Part shown: one piece after another, positions 8,548 to 18,570 of the stretch
Layout of the letters: each line of letters begins with the position of its first letter
How positions within the stretch are numbered: the first letter of the stretch is position 1
Source: Paracoccaceae bacterium
GTDB taxonomy: Bacteria; Pseudomonadota; Alphaproteobacteria; Rhodobacterales; Rhodobacteraceae
DNA length: 64,000 bases
Direction: 5' to 3'
Assembly (NCBI GenBank): GCA_009773055.1
Contig: WOUW01000010.1
Coordinates: 2,448 to 66,447 of the forward strand
The notes under the pieces: generated by a model
Database searches by the model: none
Seen by the model: only the letters and a program-made list of their open reading frames with translations
Told to the model about the DNA's origin: nothing
Made by a program: the position numbers and the translations under genes

Positions 8548-10095
8548 ATGCCTTACGACTACCGCCCCTTCCCTTACGTCGCCCCTCCCGGCCTGACGGC
8601 ACCGGAGCCGCGCCACAAGGTCGTCATCGTCGGGGCCGGGCCGATCGGTTTGGCGCTGGCGATTGACCTGGCGCAGTACGGCGTGGCCTCGGTGGTGCTG
8701 GACGACAACAACGTCGTCTCGGTCGGTAGCCGGGCGATCTGCTGGTCAAAGCGGTCCTTGGAAATTCTCGACCGGCTGGGGGTTGGTCAGCGGTGTGTCG
8801 AGAAGGGCGTGATCTGGAAGGTGGGGCGGACTCTGCATCGCGAGGACGAGGTCTGGACCTTCGATCTGCAGCCTGACCCTGGCCACAAGATGCCGGCCTT
8901 CGTGAACCTGCAGCAGTACTACGTCGAGGAGTATCTGGTGGCGCGGGCGCTGGAGTTGTCCCCGCTGATCGACTTGCGCTGGAAGAACAAGGTGATGGCA
9001 GTAGAAGTTGGCGGTCATGCGGCGCTGACGGTGGAGACGCCGGACGGGACCTACCGGCTGGAAGCGGAGCATGTCGTAGCCTGCGAAGGGGCGCGCAGCG
9101 CGGTGCGGGGGATGCTGGGGCTCGACTTCGACGGGGAGCTCTTCGAGGAGCGGTTCCTGATCGCCGATATCGAGATGACGGGGGATTTCCCGTCCGAGCG
9201 GCGGTTCTGGTTCGAGCCGCCCTTCCATGCCGGGCAATCGGCGCTGCTGCACAAGCAGCCGGACAATATCTACCGGATCGATTTGCAGCTGGGCTGGGAT
9301 GCGGACCCCGAAACGGAAAAGACGCCGGAGCGGGTGATCCCGCGGATCGAGAAAGCCGTGGGGCACAAGGATTTCCGGCTGGATTGGGTGTCGGTCTATA
9401 CCTTCCAGTGCCGCCGTTTGGCAAAGTTCGTGCATGGGCCGGTGATGTTTTGCGGCGACAGCGCCCATGTCGTTTCGCCCTTTGGCGCGCGCGGCGGGAA
9501 TGGCGGGTTGCAGGACGTGGATGCCTTGGGCTGGCGGCTGGCGGTCGTGGCGAAAGGCGCGGATGCGGGGATCTTGCAGGCCTATGACCGCGAACGGCAA
9601 CACGGGGCGGATGAGAACCTGTTGAATTCCTCGCGCACGACGCGGTTCATGTCGCCTGCCCCTGGTGCAGAACGGCTGTTTCGCGATGCGGTGCTGGCAT
9701 TGGCGGGCAAGGCAGCTTTCGCGCGGCCGCTGGTGAATTCGGGCCGGTTGTCGCGGCCTTGCGTCTATCCCTTGGCGGGGCCGGATGACCCTGCCCTGCC
9801 TGTCGGGGCGCGGCCAGGGGCGGTGGCCCCGGATGCGCCTTTGGACAATGGCTGGCTGATCGACCGGCTGGGGCGGGAGGTTGTGGTGCTTGCCATCGGA
9901 CAGCTTGCGCCGAAAGTAGCTGGGGTGAAGACGGTCGATCTGCCGGTGACGCCCGAGTTGCAAGCACGGTATCTGGGCGGTGCGGCGCAGGCGGTCTACC
10001 TGATCCGGCCGGACCAGATTGTTGCTGCGCGCTGGGTTACGGCTTCCCCCGGGGCCGTCAACAAGGCCGCCGACGATATCTGGAGGGGCGCATGA
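8548..10095 (+). CDS. FAD-dependent aromatic hydroxylase (MhaA-like, 3-hydroxyphenylacetate 6-hydroxylase large subunit)
   Basis: GAGPIG, CEGARS (DG motif), GDSAH..SPFGARGGNGG and a C-terminal LIRPDQ; followed by DUF2783. Confidence 0.75.
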   Translation: MPYDYRPFPYVAPPGLTAPEPRHKVVIVGAGPIGLALAIDLAQYGVASVVLDDNNVVSVGSRAICWSKRSLEILDRLGVGQRCVEKGVIWKVGRTLHREDEVWTFDLQPDPGHKMPAFVNLQQYYVEEYLVARALELSPLIDLRWKNKVMAVEVGGHAALTVETPDGTYRLEAEHVVACEGARSAVRGMLGLDFDGELFEERFLIADIEMTGDFPSERRFWFEPPFHAGQSALLHKQPDNIYRIDLQLGWDADPETEKTPERVIPRIEKAVGHKDFRLDWVSVYTFQCRRLAKFVHGPVMFCGDSAHVVSPFGARGGNGGLQDVDALGWRLAVVAKGADAGILQAYDRERQHGADENLLNSSRTTRFMSPAPGAERLFRDAVLALAGKAAFARPLVNSGRLSRPCVYPLAGPDDPALPVGARPGAVAPDAPLDNGWLIDRLGREVVVLAIGQLAPKVAGVKTVDLPVTPELQARYLGGAAQAVYLIRPDQIVAARWVTASPGAVNKAADDIWRGA

Positions 10096-10289
10096 GTCTG
10101 ATCACCACGCCGAACCTGCGCGATCCGGATGCCGCCTATGCCGCCCTTCTGGCCACCCACAAGGGGCTGAGCGAGGCGGAAGCCCATGCGCTGAACGCCC
10201 GGCTGGTGCTGATCCTGATGAATCATCTGGGCGACGGCCCCGAGTTTGCCGAGGCGCTGAAGCTGGCGCGGGAGGCGGCGGCGGCCTAG
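10092..10289 (+). CDS. DUF2783 small protein (MhaB-like)
   Basis: PD..Y..L...H.GLS.....LNARLVLIL.NH; ATGA overlap with the hydroxylase. Confidence 0.8.
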   Translation: MSLITTPNLRDPDAAYAALLATHKGLSEAEAHALNARLVLILMNHLGDGPEFAEALKLAREAAAA

Positions 10290-11380
10290 GACGCCTTCAG
10301 CACGCCACGGTCGATCTGGTCCTGTTCGATCGATTCGAAGAGCGCGCGGAAGTTGCCTTCGCCGAAGCCCTCATCGCCCTTCCTTTGGATGAATTCGAAG
10401 AAGATCGGGCCGATTACGGTCTTGGAGAAAATTTGCAGAAGGATCTTGGTCTCGCCGCCGTCCACGACACCTTCGCCGTCGATCAGGATGCCATGCTTGG
10501 CGAGCTTCTCGATGGGTTCCTGGTGGCCGACCACGCGGGTCTTCGACAGCTCGTAATAGGCCATCGGCGGCTTCGGCATGAACTTCAGCCCGGCCCCGGC
10601 AATCGCGTCGGTGGCCGCGTAGAGGTCGTCGGTTCCAACCGCGATGTGCTGGATCCCCTCGCCATTGTAGCGCTTGAGGTATTCGACGATCTGGCCGGTC
10701 TCGCCCCGGTCTTCGTTCACCGGAATGCGGATGCGGCCGCAGGGGCTGGTCAGCGCGCGGGAGTGCAGGCCGGTGAACTTGCCCTCGATGTCGAAGAACC
10801 GGATCTGGCGGAAGTTGAAGAGCCGCTGGTAGAAGTCGAACCAGGTGTCCATGTTGCCGCGGTGGACATTGTGGGTGAGGTGGTCGAGGTAGTGGAAGCC
10901 TACGCCCTTCGGCTTTGGGGTTGCCAGCCAGTCGAACGCGGCGTCGTAGGGGTTCGCGTCGCCGTAGCTGTCGGTGAAGTAGATCAGTGAGCCGCCGATA
11001 CCGACGATAGCAGGAAGATCGAGGGTTTTTCCTGTCCCTTCATAGGGTTCCGCACCGCTCTTCACAGCATGGTTGAAGGCATGGGCCGCGTCGGCCACCC
11101 GCCAGCCCATCGAGGGGGCGCAGGGGCCGTGCTCATCCACAAAGCGGCGGGCGTGGCTGCCGGGCTCATTGTTCAGGATGTAGGTGATGTCGCCCTGCTG
11201 CCAAAGCTCGATCGCCTTGGTCTTGTGCCGGGCGGTCAGCGTGTAACCCATGCGGGCGAAAAGGGCGCGCAACTCATCGGGGTTCGGATGGGCGAATTCG
11301 ACGAACTCGAAACCGTCGGTCCCGGCGGGGTTTTCGGGCGAGATCACCGCGCGGGGTGCTTCGTGCGGAAAGGGACCCAT
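10286..11380 (-). CDS. hppD: 4-hydroxyphenylpyruvate dioxygenase
   Basis: DGFEFVEF, DHLTHNV, GEGIQHIA, LLQIFS and FFEFIQRKG.GFGEGNF.ALF. Confidence 0.96.
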   Translation of the reverse strand: MGPFPHEAPRAVISPENPAGTDGFEFVEFAHPNPDELRALFARMGYTLTARHKTKAIELWQQGDITYILNNEPGSHARRFVDEHGPCAPSMGWRVADAAHAFNHAVKSGAEPYEGTGKTLDLPAIVGIGGSLIYFTDSYGDANPYDAAFDWLATPKPKGVGFHYLDHLTHNVHRGNMDTWFDFYQRLFNFRQIRFFDIEGKFTGLHSRALTSPCGRIRIPVNEDRGETGQIVEYLKRYNGEGIQHIAVGTDDLYAATDAIAGAGLKFMPKPPMAYYELSKTRVVGHQEPIEKLAKHGILIDGEGVVDGGETKILLQIFSKTVIGPIFFEFIQRKGDEGFGEGNFRALFESIEQDQIDRGVLKAS

Positions 11381-11517
11381 GGCTATATCCTTCAGGCAGA
11401 CCGTGTCCCATACAAGATGCCACGCCGCTCCTGAGAATGGCGCGCATTCTTAAGCTTGATTCGCCGGAAATATGCGCGCTTCCTTTTGATTGAGCCATTG
11501 CGACGCGAGAAAAGCGC

Positions 11518-11973
11518 ATGATCGACGAAACCGATTCCCGCCTGCTTGCTGCAGTTCAGTCCAACGCGCAGATCACGGCGCAGGAGCTGGGCGAGCTTTT
11601 GAACCTTTCGGCCAGCCAGGCTGCCCGCCGTCGTGCCAAACTTGAAGCCGACGGTTTTATCACCGGCTATGCCGCCCGCCTTTCTCCCGCGAAGCTGGGC
11701 CTCACCGTGCAGGCCTTCGTCCAGGTTCAGATGGCCGCGCATTCGCCCGACACCGCACGCGAGTTCCTGCGCCTGATTGCCACCCTGCCCGAGGTCGTTG
11801 CCTGCTGGACCCTGACGGGCGAGGCGGACTACCTGCTCCGCGTCTGGTGTGTCGACCTGCCAGCGCTCAACACGCTCGTCCACCACCGCCTCTTGCCAAA
11901 CCCCGCCGTAGCCCGGGTGCAAAGCCAGATCGTCATGGCCCAGCCCAAGCCGGATGCGGGCCTGCCTGTCTGA
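11518..11973 (+). CDS. Lrp/AsnC-family regulator divergent from hppD
   Basis: N-terminal HTH (LNLSASQAARRR.KLE..G.I.GY), TGEADYLL. Confidence 0.9.
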   Translation: MIDETDSRLLAAVQSNAQITAQELGELLNLSASQAARRRAKLEADGFITGYAARLSPAKLGLTVQAFVQVQMAAHSPDTAREFLRLIATLPEVVACWTLTGEADYLLRVWCVDLPALNTLVHHRLLPNPAVARVQSQIVMAQPKPDAGLPV

Positions 11974-12033
11974 AACGGGAGCCAAACACATCCGTTTGGC
12001 GTTGCCACATCACATGGATGACGGAGGACCAAG

Positions 12034-12384
12034 ATGGCTTACGTTGACGGATTTCTTATCCCCGTGCCGAATTCCCGCAAGGCCGAGTATCAGGCGCATG
12101 AGGAGAAATGGTGGCCGTGGTTTCGGGACCGGGGTGCAACTTCGATGACAGTCTGCTGGGCGGACGACGTCAAGGCCGGGAAATGGACCGACTTTCAGCG
12201 CGCTGTGGCGTTGGAGCCAGAGGAGAGCGTGGTCTTTGCCTGGATGATCTGGCCCGACAAGGCCATGCGCGACGAGGCTTTCGAAGGGATGGACGACGCG
12301 GCGATGGACATGTCCGAAATGCCCTTCGACGGCAAGCGCATGGTGTTCGGCGGATTTGTCCCCATCGTCGACGTCACGGCCTGA
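12034..12384 (+). CDS. DUF1428 (YbaA-like) protein
   Basis: YVDGF..PVP, TDF.RAV and MPFDGKRM.FGGF. Confidence 0.88.
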   Translation: MAYVDGFLIPVPNSRKAEYQAHEEKWWPWFRDRGATSMTVCWADDVKAGKWTDFQRAVALEPEESVVFAWMIWPDKAMRDEAFEGMDDAAMDMSEMPFDGKRMVFGGFVPIVDVTA

Positions 12385-12390
12385 CCGACG

Positions 12391-12975
12391 TCAGCTTTCC
12401 GCCTGCGGCAGGCAGCGGAGCAATACGGCGCGGATCATCGTCTCGCGCTCGGCGGGCGATTTTCCCTGCAAGGCCCGCATCTTGTGCCCCGCGGACAGGT
12501 CCGCGATGCCGTGGCTGGTGGCCCAAAGCGCGATGACATCCAATTCGCCGCCACCGAGGGCCGTGACCAGTCCGACAAGGTGCTGGTAGGCCCGGTTCGC
12601 CGCCGCGATCAGCTCTGGCGAAGCGAAATCCGGCCGGGCCGAGGAGAAGATCAGCCGGAACAGCGCAGGTCGGGCAAGCGCGAATTCCAGGTAGCCAAGG
12701 CCCGCGCGGACTGCCCGGTCGCGATCATCCGCCGCATCCCGCTCACGCGCGTCTAGCGTGTCCTGAAAGCGGATGAACCCCTCGGCTGCAAGTGCAGTCA
12801 GCAGTCCGCCGGTGTCACCAAAGTGATGCGCCGGGGCTGCATGGCTGACCCCTGCCCGCTTGGCGACGGATCGCAGCGAAAATCCCTCGACCCCGCGTTC
12901 GGCCAATTCTGATTCGCCGGCATCCAAGAGCGCGGCCCGCAGATCGCCATGGTGATAGGGCTTTTCGTCCTTCAT
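12391..12975 (-). CDS. TetR/AcrR-family regulator with WHG-type C-terminal domain
   Basis: YHHGDLR, FSLR.VA..AGVSHAAP.HHF and W...HG. Confidence 0.9.
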   Translation of the reverse strand: MKDEKPYHHGDLRAALLDAGESELAERGVEGFSLRSVAKRAGVSHAAPAHHFGDTGGLLTALAAEGFIRFQDTLDARERDAADDRDRAVRAGLGYLEFALARPALFRLIFSSARPDFASPELIAAANRAYQHLVGLVTALGGGELDVIALWATSHGIADLSAGHKMRALQGKSPAERETMIRAVLLRCLPQAES

Positions 12976-12994
12976 CCGCCAAGCATAGTTCTGC

Positions 12995-13070
12995 ATCTAT
13001 CCACTGTCAAAATATTATCTTGACAATGGATAGATCATTCCACACCCTATCCTGACACTGACAAGATAGG
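12995..13070. promoter_or_regulatory. Three TetR-type operator palindromes, consensus ATCTTGACANTGTCAAGAT
   Basis: ATCTATCCACTGTCAAAAT (12995-13013), ATCTTGACAATGGATAGAT (13017-13035) and ATCCTGACACTGACAAGAT (13049-13067); TTGACA -35 inside site 2. Confidence 0.75.
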
Positions 13071-13076
13071 TTCCCC

Positions 13077-13517
13077 ATGTCACCCGAAGCCATGTTTCAG
13101 ATTGCAAACCCGATTGCCTTGCTGGGCTGGGCGGCGCTGCTTCTTGCCCCTCTTGCCCCGCGCCTTGTTGACACGATCACCCATCTCATCATCCCGATGC
13201 TGATGGCACTGGCCTATTCTGCCCTGATGCTGGCCCACTGGTCCGGTGCAACGGGCGGCTATGGCAGCCTGCCCGAGGTGATGGCACTCTTTACCGACCC
13301 GCATGTCGCCCTTGCCGGATGGGTCCACTACCTTGCCTTCGATCTTTTCGTGGGGGCCTGGGCCACCCGCACTGCCCGTGCCGAGGGCATTCCACATCTT
13401 CTGGTGCTGCCCCACCTTGCCCTGATCTTCTTGTTCGGCCCCGCAGGCTTTCTGACCTTTTACGCAATGGTCGCGGCCTTCCGGCTGCGCGCCACATCAT
13501 CCGGAGCAACGATATGA
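13077..13517 (+). CDS. ABA4-like (DUF4281) membrane protein
   Basis: GWVHYLAFDLFVG and GP.G.L motifs. Confidence 0.85.
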   Translation: MSPEAMFQIANPIALLGWAALLLAPLAPRLVDTITHLIIPMLMALAYSALMLAHWSGATGGYGSLPEVMALFTDPHVALAGWVHYLAFDLFVGAWATRTARAEGIPHLLVLPHLALIFLFGPAGFLTFYAMVAAFRLRATSSGATI

Positions 13518-14347
13518 CCGCCCAATCCCTGCCTCAGTCCCTGCCCCGCACCGTGAAGAGCCGTCTGTGGGCCGATGCGCCCGCGTTCACCGGACTTGCC
13601 CTTTTCATCACGCTGACAGCCCTGCCACTGATCGGTGCCGCGATGATCGACACGCGAACCTTTCTGGATGCGCCCGTCTGGCAAAAACCCCTGCAGTTTC
13701 ACCTTGCCCTGGCGACATATGTTCTGACGCTTGCGTTTTTCGCGCGCTTCCTGCCGCAGGGCATGACCTCGCGCCGCTGGCGCATCTACGCCGCAGTTGT
13801 CTCTTTCTGCGTTCTGGCTGAACTCGTTTGGGTCGGATCGGCGGCAAGCTATGCCACCGCGTCACATTTCAACGTCGACGATCCGGTCATGGGGGCGATC
13901 TACGGCCTAATGGGCGTCTTCGCGGTGATCCTGACGTCGGCCAGCCTAGTCATGGGCGTGGCGATCTGGCGCAACCCCGCCACCGGCCTTGCCCCGGCGT
14001 TGCATCTTTCGGTCGCCCTTGGCCTGATCCTTACGTTCGTGCTGACCCTGATTGCCGCTGGCACCCTGTCCTCGATGCTTGGCCACCATATCGGCACCCC
14101 GGTAACCAATGCCGCCCTGCCAATCCTGGGCTGGTCGCGAGAGGTCGGTGATCTGCGGGTTGGCCATTTCTTCGCCACCCACGCGCTGCACGTCCTGCCG
14201 ATAGTTGGCCTGATCGCAAGCCGCGCCTTCTCCGCCGATGTGGCGCGCGGAACCGTCCTTGCCGCAGCACTTGCCTACGTGGCCCTTGTCCTTCTGACCA
14301 TGCTGCAGGCTTTTCAAGGGCAACCGTTCCTTCCCTGGCTGGGCTGA
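13514..14347 (+). CDS. Conserved integral membrane protein coupled to the ABA4-like gene
   Basis: W.KP..F, SHFN and GWS...GDLRV.HF.A.HA motifs; about 7 TM segments; ATGA overlap. Confidence 0.7.
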   Translation: MTAQSLPQSLPRTVKSRLWADAPAFTGLALFITLTALPLIGAAMIDTRTFLDAPVWQKPLQFHLALATYVLTLAFFARFLPQGMTSRRWRIYAAVVSFCVLAELVWVGSAASYATASHFNVDDPVMGAIYGLMGVFAVILTSASLVMGVAIWRNPATGLAPALHLSVALGLILTFVLTLIAAGTLSSMLGHHIGTPVTNAALPILGWSREVGDLRVGHFFATHALHVLPIVGLIASRAFSADVARGTVLAAALAYVALVLLTMLQAFQGQPFLPWLG

Positions 14348-14404
14348 AGCAAACCGCTTTTCCTTGTGCCTGTGGCAGGCTAGAACCCGCCCCAAGCACA
14401 AGGA

Positions 14405-17400
14405 ATGACGCCGATGTCGATGGAAAAGACCTTCAACGCCGCCGAGGCCGAGGCCCGCATCTCGAAGCTTTGGCTCGACGCCAAGGCCTTCAAAGCGGGC
14501 GCGAATGCCAAGCCGGGGCGGCCCGCGTTTTCGGTCATGATCCCGCCGCCGAACGTCACCGGGGCCCTGCACATGGGCCATGCGTTCAACAACACGCTGC
14601 AGGATATCCTGACCCGCTGGCACCGGATGATGGGGGACGACACGCTGTGGCAGCCAGGAACGGACCATGCGGGGATCGCGACCCAGATGGTGACCGAGCG
14701 CGAGATGGCGCTGCAACAGGAGCCCGACCGCCGCACGCTGGGGCGCGAGAAGTTCCTGGCCCGCGTCTGGCAGCAAAAGCAGAAGTCGCGCGGCAATATC
14801 CGCAGCCAGCTGGAGCGGCTGGGCGCGTCCTGCGACTGGGACCGTGAGGCGTTCACCATGTCAGGCGCTCCGGGGGCGCCTGCGGGCGAGGAAGGGAACT
14901 TCCACGACGCGGTGATCAAGGTCTTTGTCGATCTTTACAACAAGGGCCTGATCTACCGCGGCAAGCGGCTGGTGAACTGGGACCCGCATTTCGAGACGGC
15001 GATTTCCGACCTTGAGGTCGAGAACACCGAAGTGCCGGGGCATATGTGGCACTTCAAGTATCCTTTGGCCGGGGGCCAGACCTACGAGTATGTCGAGAAG
15101 GACGCCGAAGGTCGGGTGACCCTGCGCGAGACGCGGAATTACATCTCCATCGCCACGACGCGCCCTGAGACGATGCTGGGCGACGGGGCGGTCGCGGTTC
15201 ATCCATCGGATGAACGTTACGCGCCAATCGTTGGGAAACTATGCGAAATTCCGGTGGGGCCGAAGGAGCATCGCCGGCTGATCCCGATCATCACGGATGA
15301 GTATCCGGACCCCACCTTCGGGTCTGGTGCGGTGAAGATCACCGGCGCGCATGACTTCAACGACTATGCGGTGGCCAAGCGCAGCGATATCCCCTGCTAT
15401 CGGCTGATGGACACCCGGGCGCAAATGCGGGCGGATGGGGTGCCTTATGCCGAGGCAGCGGAGATTGCTGGCCGGATGTCGCGGGCCTGGCTGGTCGCCA
15501 AGGGCTACGCGACGCCGGGGTTTGCGGAGCAGCCCTTCTCGCTGACGGAAGCCGAGATCGACGCGCTGAACCTTGTGCCGGATGAGTTGCGGGGGCTGGA
15601 CCGGTACGAGGCGCGGAAGCGCGTGGTCGAGGCGATCACGGCGGAGGGGCTGGCGGTCACGGTGCTCAAGAAATCCGTCGACAAGGAAACCGGCTCTGAG
15701 CATCTGGAACTGGTGCCTTACGTCGAGTCCAAGCCGATCATGCAGCCCTTCGGCGACCGCTCCAAGGTCGTGATCGAGCCGATGCTGACCGACCAGTGGT
15801 TCGTCGACACCGCGAAGATCGTGGAACCCGCGCTGGAGGCGGTGCGGACGGGCCGGACGAAGATCATCCCGCCCTCGGGCGAGAAGACCTATTACCACTG
15901 GCTGGAGAACATCGAACCCTGGTGCATCAGCCGCCAGCTTTGGTGGGGGCATCAGATTCCGGTTTGGTATGGACCGTCGAACGAAGCCTTGGCGCGCCGC
16001 AAAGCCGAGAGGTTAGACTTGGAAGGTGTTGATCTGGCGGAACATCCTTCGTTCTGCCCCGATTTGACCCTTTACATTCAAGATAAGTCGCAGCTCGTCG
16101 CATTCTGCGCGGCATCGCCAGAAGAAGCGGTTGAGCAAGCCAAGAAGTACTACGACGTTGAACGGCTCTTCGCGAAACCGCTGCGCATCCTGACGCATAA
16201 GGACTGGCAAGATCTATTCTACACCAACATCGGCGACGCGTTTGAGACCATTGGTCTGTGCCGCGACCCCGACGTCCTCGACACCTGGTTCTCCTCGGGC
16301 CTCTGGCCGATCGGCACGCTCGGCTGGCCCGAACCCACGGCGGAGCTGCAGAAATATTTCCCCACCTCGGTCCTCGTGACCGGGCAGGATATCCTCTTCT
16401 TCTGGGTCGCCCGGATGATGATGATGCAGCTGGCCGTGGTGAACGACATTCCGTTTCACACCGTCTACCTGCACGGCCTTGTCCGCGACGCCAAGGGCAA
16501 GAAGATGTCGAAGTCGCTTGGCAACGTCATCGACCCGCTGGAGATCATCGACGAATACGGCGCCGATGCGCTGCGGTTTGCCAATGCGGCGATGGCCTCG
16601 CTGGGGGGCGTGCTGAAGCTGGATACCCAGCGCATCGCGGGGTATCGGAACTTTGGCACCAAGCTCTGGAATGCCTGTCGCTTTGCCGAGATGAACGGGG
16701 TGTGGGAGGGTCATGCGACCGGCCCCGCGCCCTCGCCCCAGGCCACGGCGAACAAGTGGATCATCGGCGAGACGGCGAAAGCGCTGGCCGAGGTCAACGA
16801 GGCGCTGGCGGCGTTCCGCTTCGATACGGCGGCGGACGCGCTGTACAAGTTCGTCTGGGGCAAGGTCTGCGACTGGTATGTCGAGTTCGCCAAGCCCCTG
16901 TTCGACGGCCCCGACGCGGCGGAAACCCGGGCGACGATGGCCTGGGTGCTGGATCAGTCGATGATCCTTCTGCACCCCTTCATGCCCTTCATCACCGAAG
17001 AGCTGTGGGGCACGACGGGCAAGCGCGAGAAGCTGTTGGTGCATACCGACTGGCCAGAGCTGTCGGCGGGCCTGATCGACGCGGACGCAGACCGCGAAAT
17101 GTCCTTTGTCACGACGCTGATCGACGACATCCGGTCCGCCCGCGCGCAGGTGCATGTGCCGGTGGGGCTGAAGGCGGACCTTGTGGCGACGTCCCTGACT
17201 GACGAGGCGCGGGCGGCATTCCAGCGCAACGAGACCCTGATCAAGCGCCTTGCCCGGATCGACGCGGTCACCGAAGGCCCCGCCCCCAAGGGCAGCATTG
17301 CCGTGGCGGCGGAAGGGGCGGCTTTTGCCATCCCGCTGCAAGGCCTGATCGACATCGCCGAGGAAAAATCCCGCCTACAGAAGGCGTTGGATAAGCTGAT

Positions 17401-17560
17401 GAAGGAAATCGGCGGCCTCAAAGGCCGGCTCGACAACCCGAACTTCGCACGTTCGGCGCCGGAAGATGTGGTCATGGAGGCGCAGTCGAACCTCGAGGCG
17501 CGGCAGGACGAGGCCGACAAGATCAAGGCCGCGTTGTCGCGTCTTGCTGACCTGGGCTAG
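14405..17560 (+). CDS. valS: Valine--tRNA ligase
   Basis: PPPNVTG.LHMGH (HIGH), [32 protein letters not shown] and a C-terminal coiled coil. Confidence 0.97.
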   Translation: MTPMSMEKTFNAAEAEARISKLWLDAKAFKAGANAKPGRPAFSVMIPPPNVTGALHMGHAFNNTLQDILTRWHRMMGDDTLWQPGTDHAGIATQMVTEREMALQQEPDRRTLGREKFLARVWQQKQKSRGNIRSQLERLGASCDWDREAFTMSGAPGAPAGEEGNFHDAVIKVFVDLYNKGLIYRGKRLVNWDPHFETAISDLEVENTEVPGHMWHFKYPLAGGQTYEYVEKDAEGRVTLRETRNYISIATTRPETMLGDGAVAVHPSDERYAPIVGKLCEIPVGPKEHRRLIPIITDEYPDPTFGSGAVKITGAHDFNDYAVAKRSDIPCYRLMDTRAQMRADGVPYAEAAEIAGRMSRAWLVAKGYATPGFAEQPFSLTEAEIDALNLVPDELRGLDRYEARKRVVEAITAEGLAVTVLKKSVDKETGSEHLELVPYVESKPIMQPFGDRSKVVIEPMLTDQWFVDTAKIVEPALEAVRTGRTKIIPPSGEKTYYHWLENIEPWCISRQLWWGHQIPVWYGPSNEALARRKAERLDLEGVDLAEHPSFCPDLTLYIQDKSQLVAFCAASPEEAVEQAKKYYDVERLFAKPLRILTHKDWQDLFYTNIGDAFETIGLCRDPDVLDTWFSSGLWPIGTLGWPEPTAELQKYFPTSVLVTGQDILFFWVARMMMMQLAVVNDIPFHTVYLHGLVRDAKGKKMSKSLGNVIDPLEIIDEYGADALRFANAAMASLGGVLKLDTQRIAGYRNFGTKLWNACRFAEMNGVWEGHATGPAPSPQATANKWIIGETAKALAEVNEALAAFRFDTAADALYKFVWGKVCDWYVEFAKPLFDGPDAAETRATMAWVLDQSMILLHPFMPFITEELWGTTGKREKLLVHTDWPELSAGLIDADADREMSFVTTLIDDIRSARAQVHVPVGLKADLVATSLTDEARAAFQRNETLIKRLARIDAVTEGPAPKGSIAVAAEGAAFAIPLQGLIDIAEEKSRLQKALDKLMKEIGGLKGRLDNPNFARSAPEDVVMEAQSNLEARQDEADKIKAALSRLADLG

Positions 17561-17637
17561 GTTGCGGGGGGTAAAGCACCCAAGCTTTTCCGGGGCGAGT
17601 GCGTCAGACTGTGACCAGCCCCGGAAAGGACCTGACC

Positions 17638-18054
17638 ATGCGCCTGCACCTCGCCGCCCTTGCCGTGATCGGCCTCGCTTCCGCGGCCTTTCCGCAGACA
17701 GCCGAGATTTTGCCCCAGATCACCCTGACGGGTGGCGAGGCGCAGGTGATACCTGATTCCGGAGTTGCGCTGCTGTTGACCCGTGTCGACGACAGCCGCT
17801 GCCCGGGCGATGTGGACTGTGTCTGGGAAGGCATGATCCGGGCCGAGATCACGGTACTGACCGCGGCACCCGATCTGACGCAGATCGTCCTTTGCAATGC
17901 CTGCGACGATGCAAGCGGCCTGACCACTGTGGCGGGGCTGACCATCGGCCTAGTCAGCCTGTCGCCGTCGACGGTGGATCTGGCCAAGCTGGGGCGGCCG
18001 CCGCTCGTGACCGACTACCATCTGACGGTGAGTTATAGCCCCGCTGCCAAATGA
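17638..18054 (+). CDS. Secreted hypothetical protein with DSRCP..V.CVW.G motif
   Basis: Signal peptide MRLHLAALAVIGLASAA; four Cys. Confidence 0.65.
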   Translation: MRLHLAALAVIGLASAAFPQTAEILPQITLTGGEAQVIPDSGVALLLTRVDDSRCPGDVDCVWEGMIRAEITVLTAAPDLTQIVLCNACDDASGLTTVAGLTIGLVSLSPSTVDLAKLGRPPLVTDYHLTVSYSPAAK

Positions 18055-18164
18055 GTTCATCTGTCGGCACGTCTCATCGGGGAGTGAGGCCACAGCCGAA
18101 GGCGGTCAGACAGCCCTCTTGCAACGCTTGCCCGATGTGCACACCTTTGACCCGGAGGTGACGC

Positions 18165-18494
18165 ATGTCCTGGCTTTCCCGCCTTGCCGAACGACAGATC
18201 CAGAAAGCCCGCCTGAAGGGTCAACTTCAGGGGTTGGAAGGCGAAGGCAAGCCACTGCCAGACCGTCCGGGCGATGCTTTCGTATCCCCCGGCGATGCGG
18301 TGGGGTTCCGGATCATGGCCGAAGCGGGGGTGTTGCCGGAAGAAATCAGGCTGAAAAAGTTGGCCATGGCGCAGCGCGCGCTTCTTGCGACCCTGATTGA
18401 CGAGGCCGAGCGCAAGGTCGCGATGGCCGAGCTTGCGCGGCTGGAAATGCTGCAGGCCATCGCCGAGGAGAGCCGCCGCAAGTTCCTGCGCTGA
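18165..18494 (+). CDS. DUF1992 protein
   Basis: AE.QI.KA...G....L.GEGKPL and AGVLP motifs; GGAGG SD. Confidence 0.8.
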   Translation: MSWLSRLAERQIQKARLKGQLQGLEGEGKPLPDRPGDAFVSPGDAVGFRIMAEAGVLPEEIRLKKLAMAQRALLATLIDEAERKVAMAELARLEMLQAIAEESRRKFLR

Positions 18495-18570
18495 GGGTCG
18501 GTCATTGCGGGGCCCTGTCCCTGCACGGGACCCTTGCACCGACCCCGCTTGCCGTGCCAGCTTTCCACGC

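Noticed and set aside
15971-16261. Intein or intron in valS
   Set aside because: No N-terminal Cys/Ser with C-terminal His-Asn, no endonuclease motifs, and the internal FCA..EEA...A..YY resembles the native linker.
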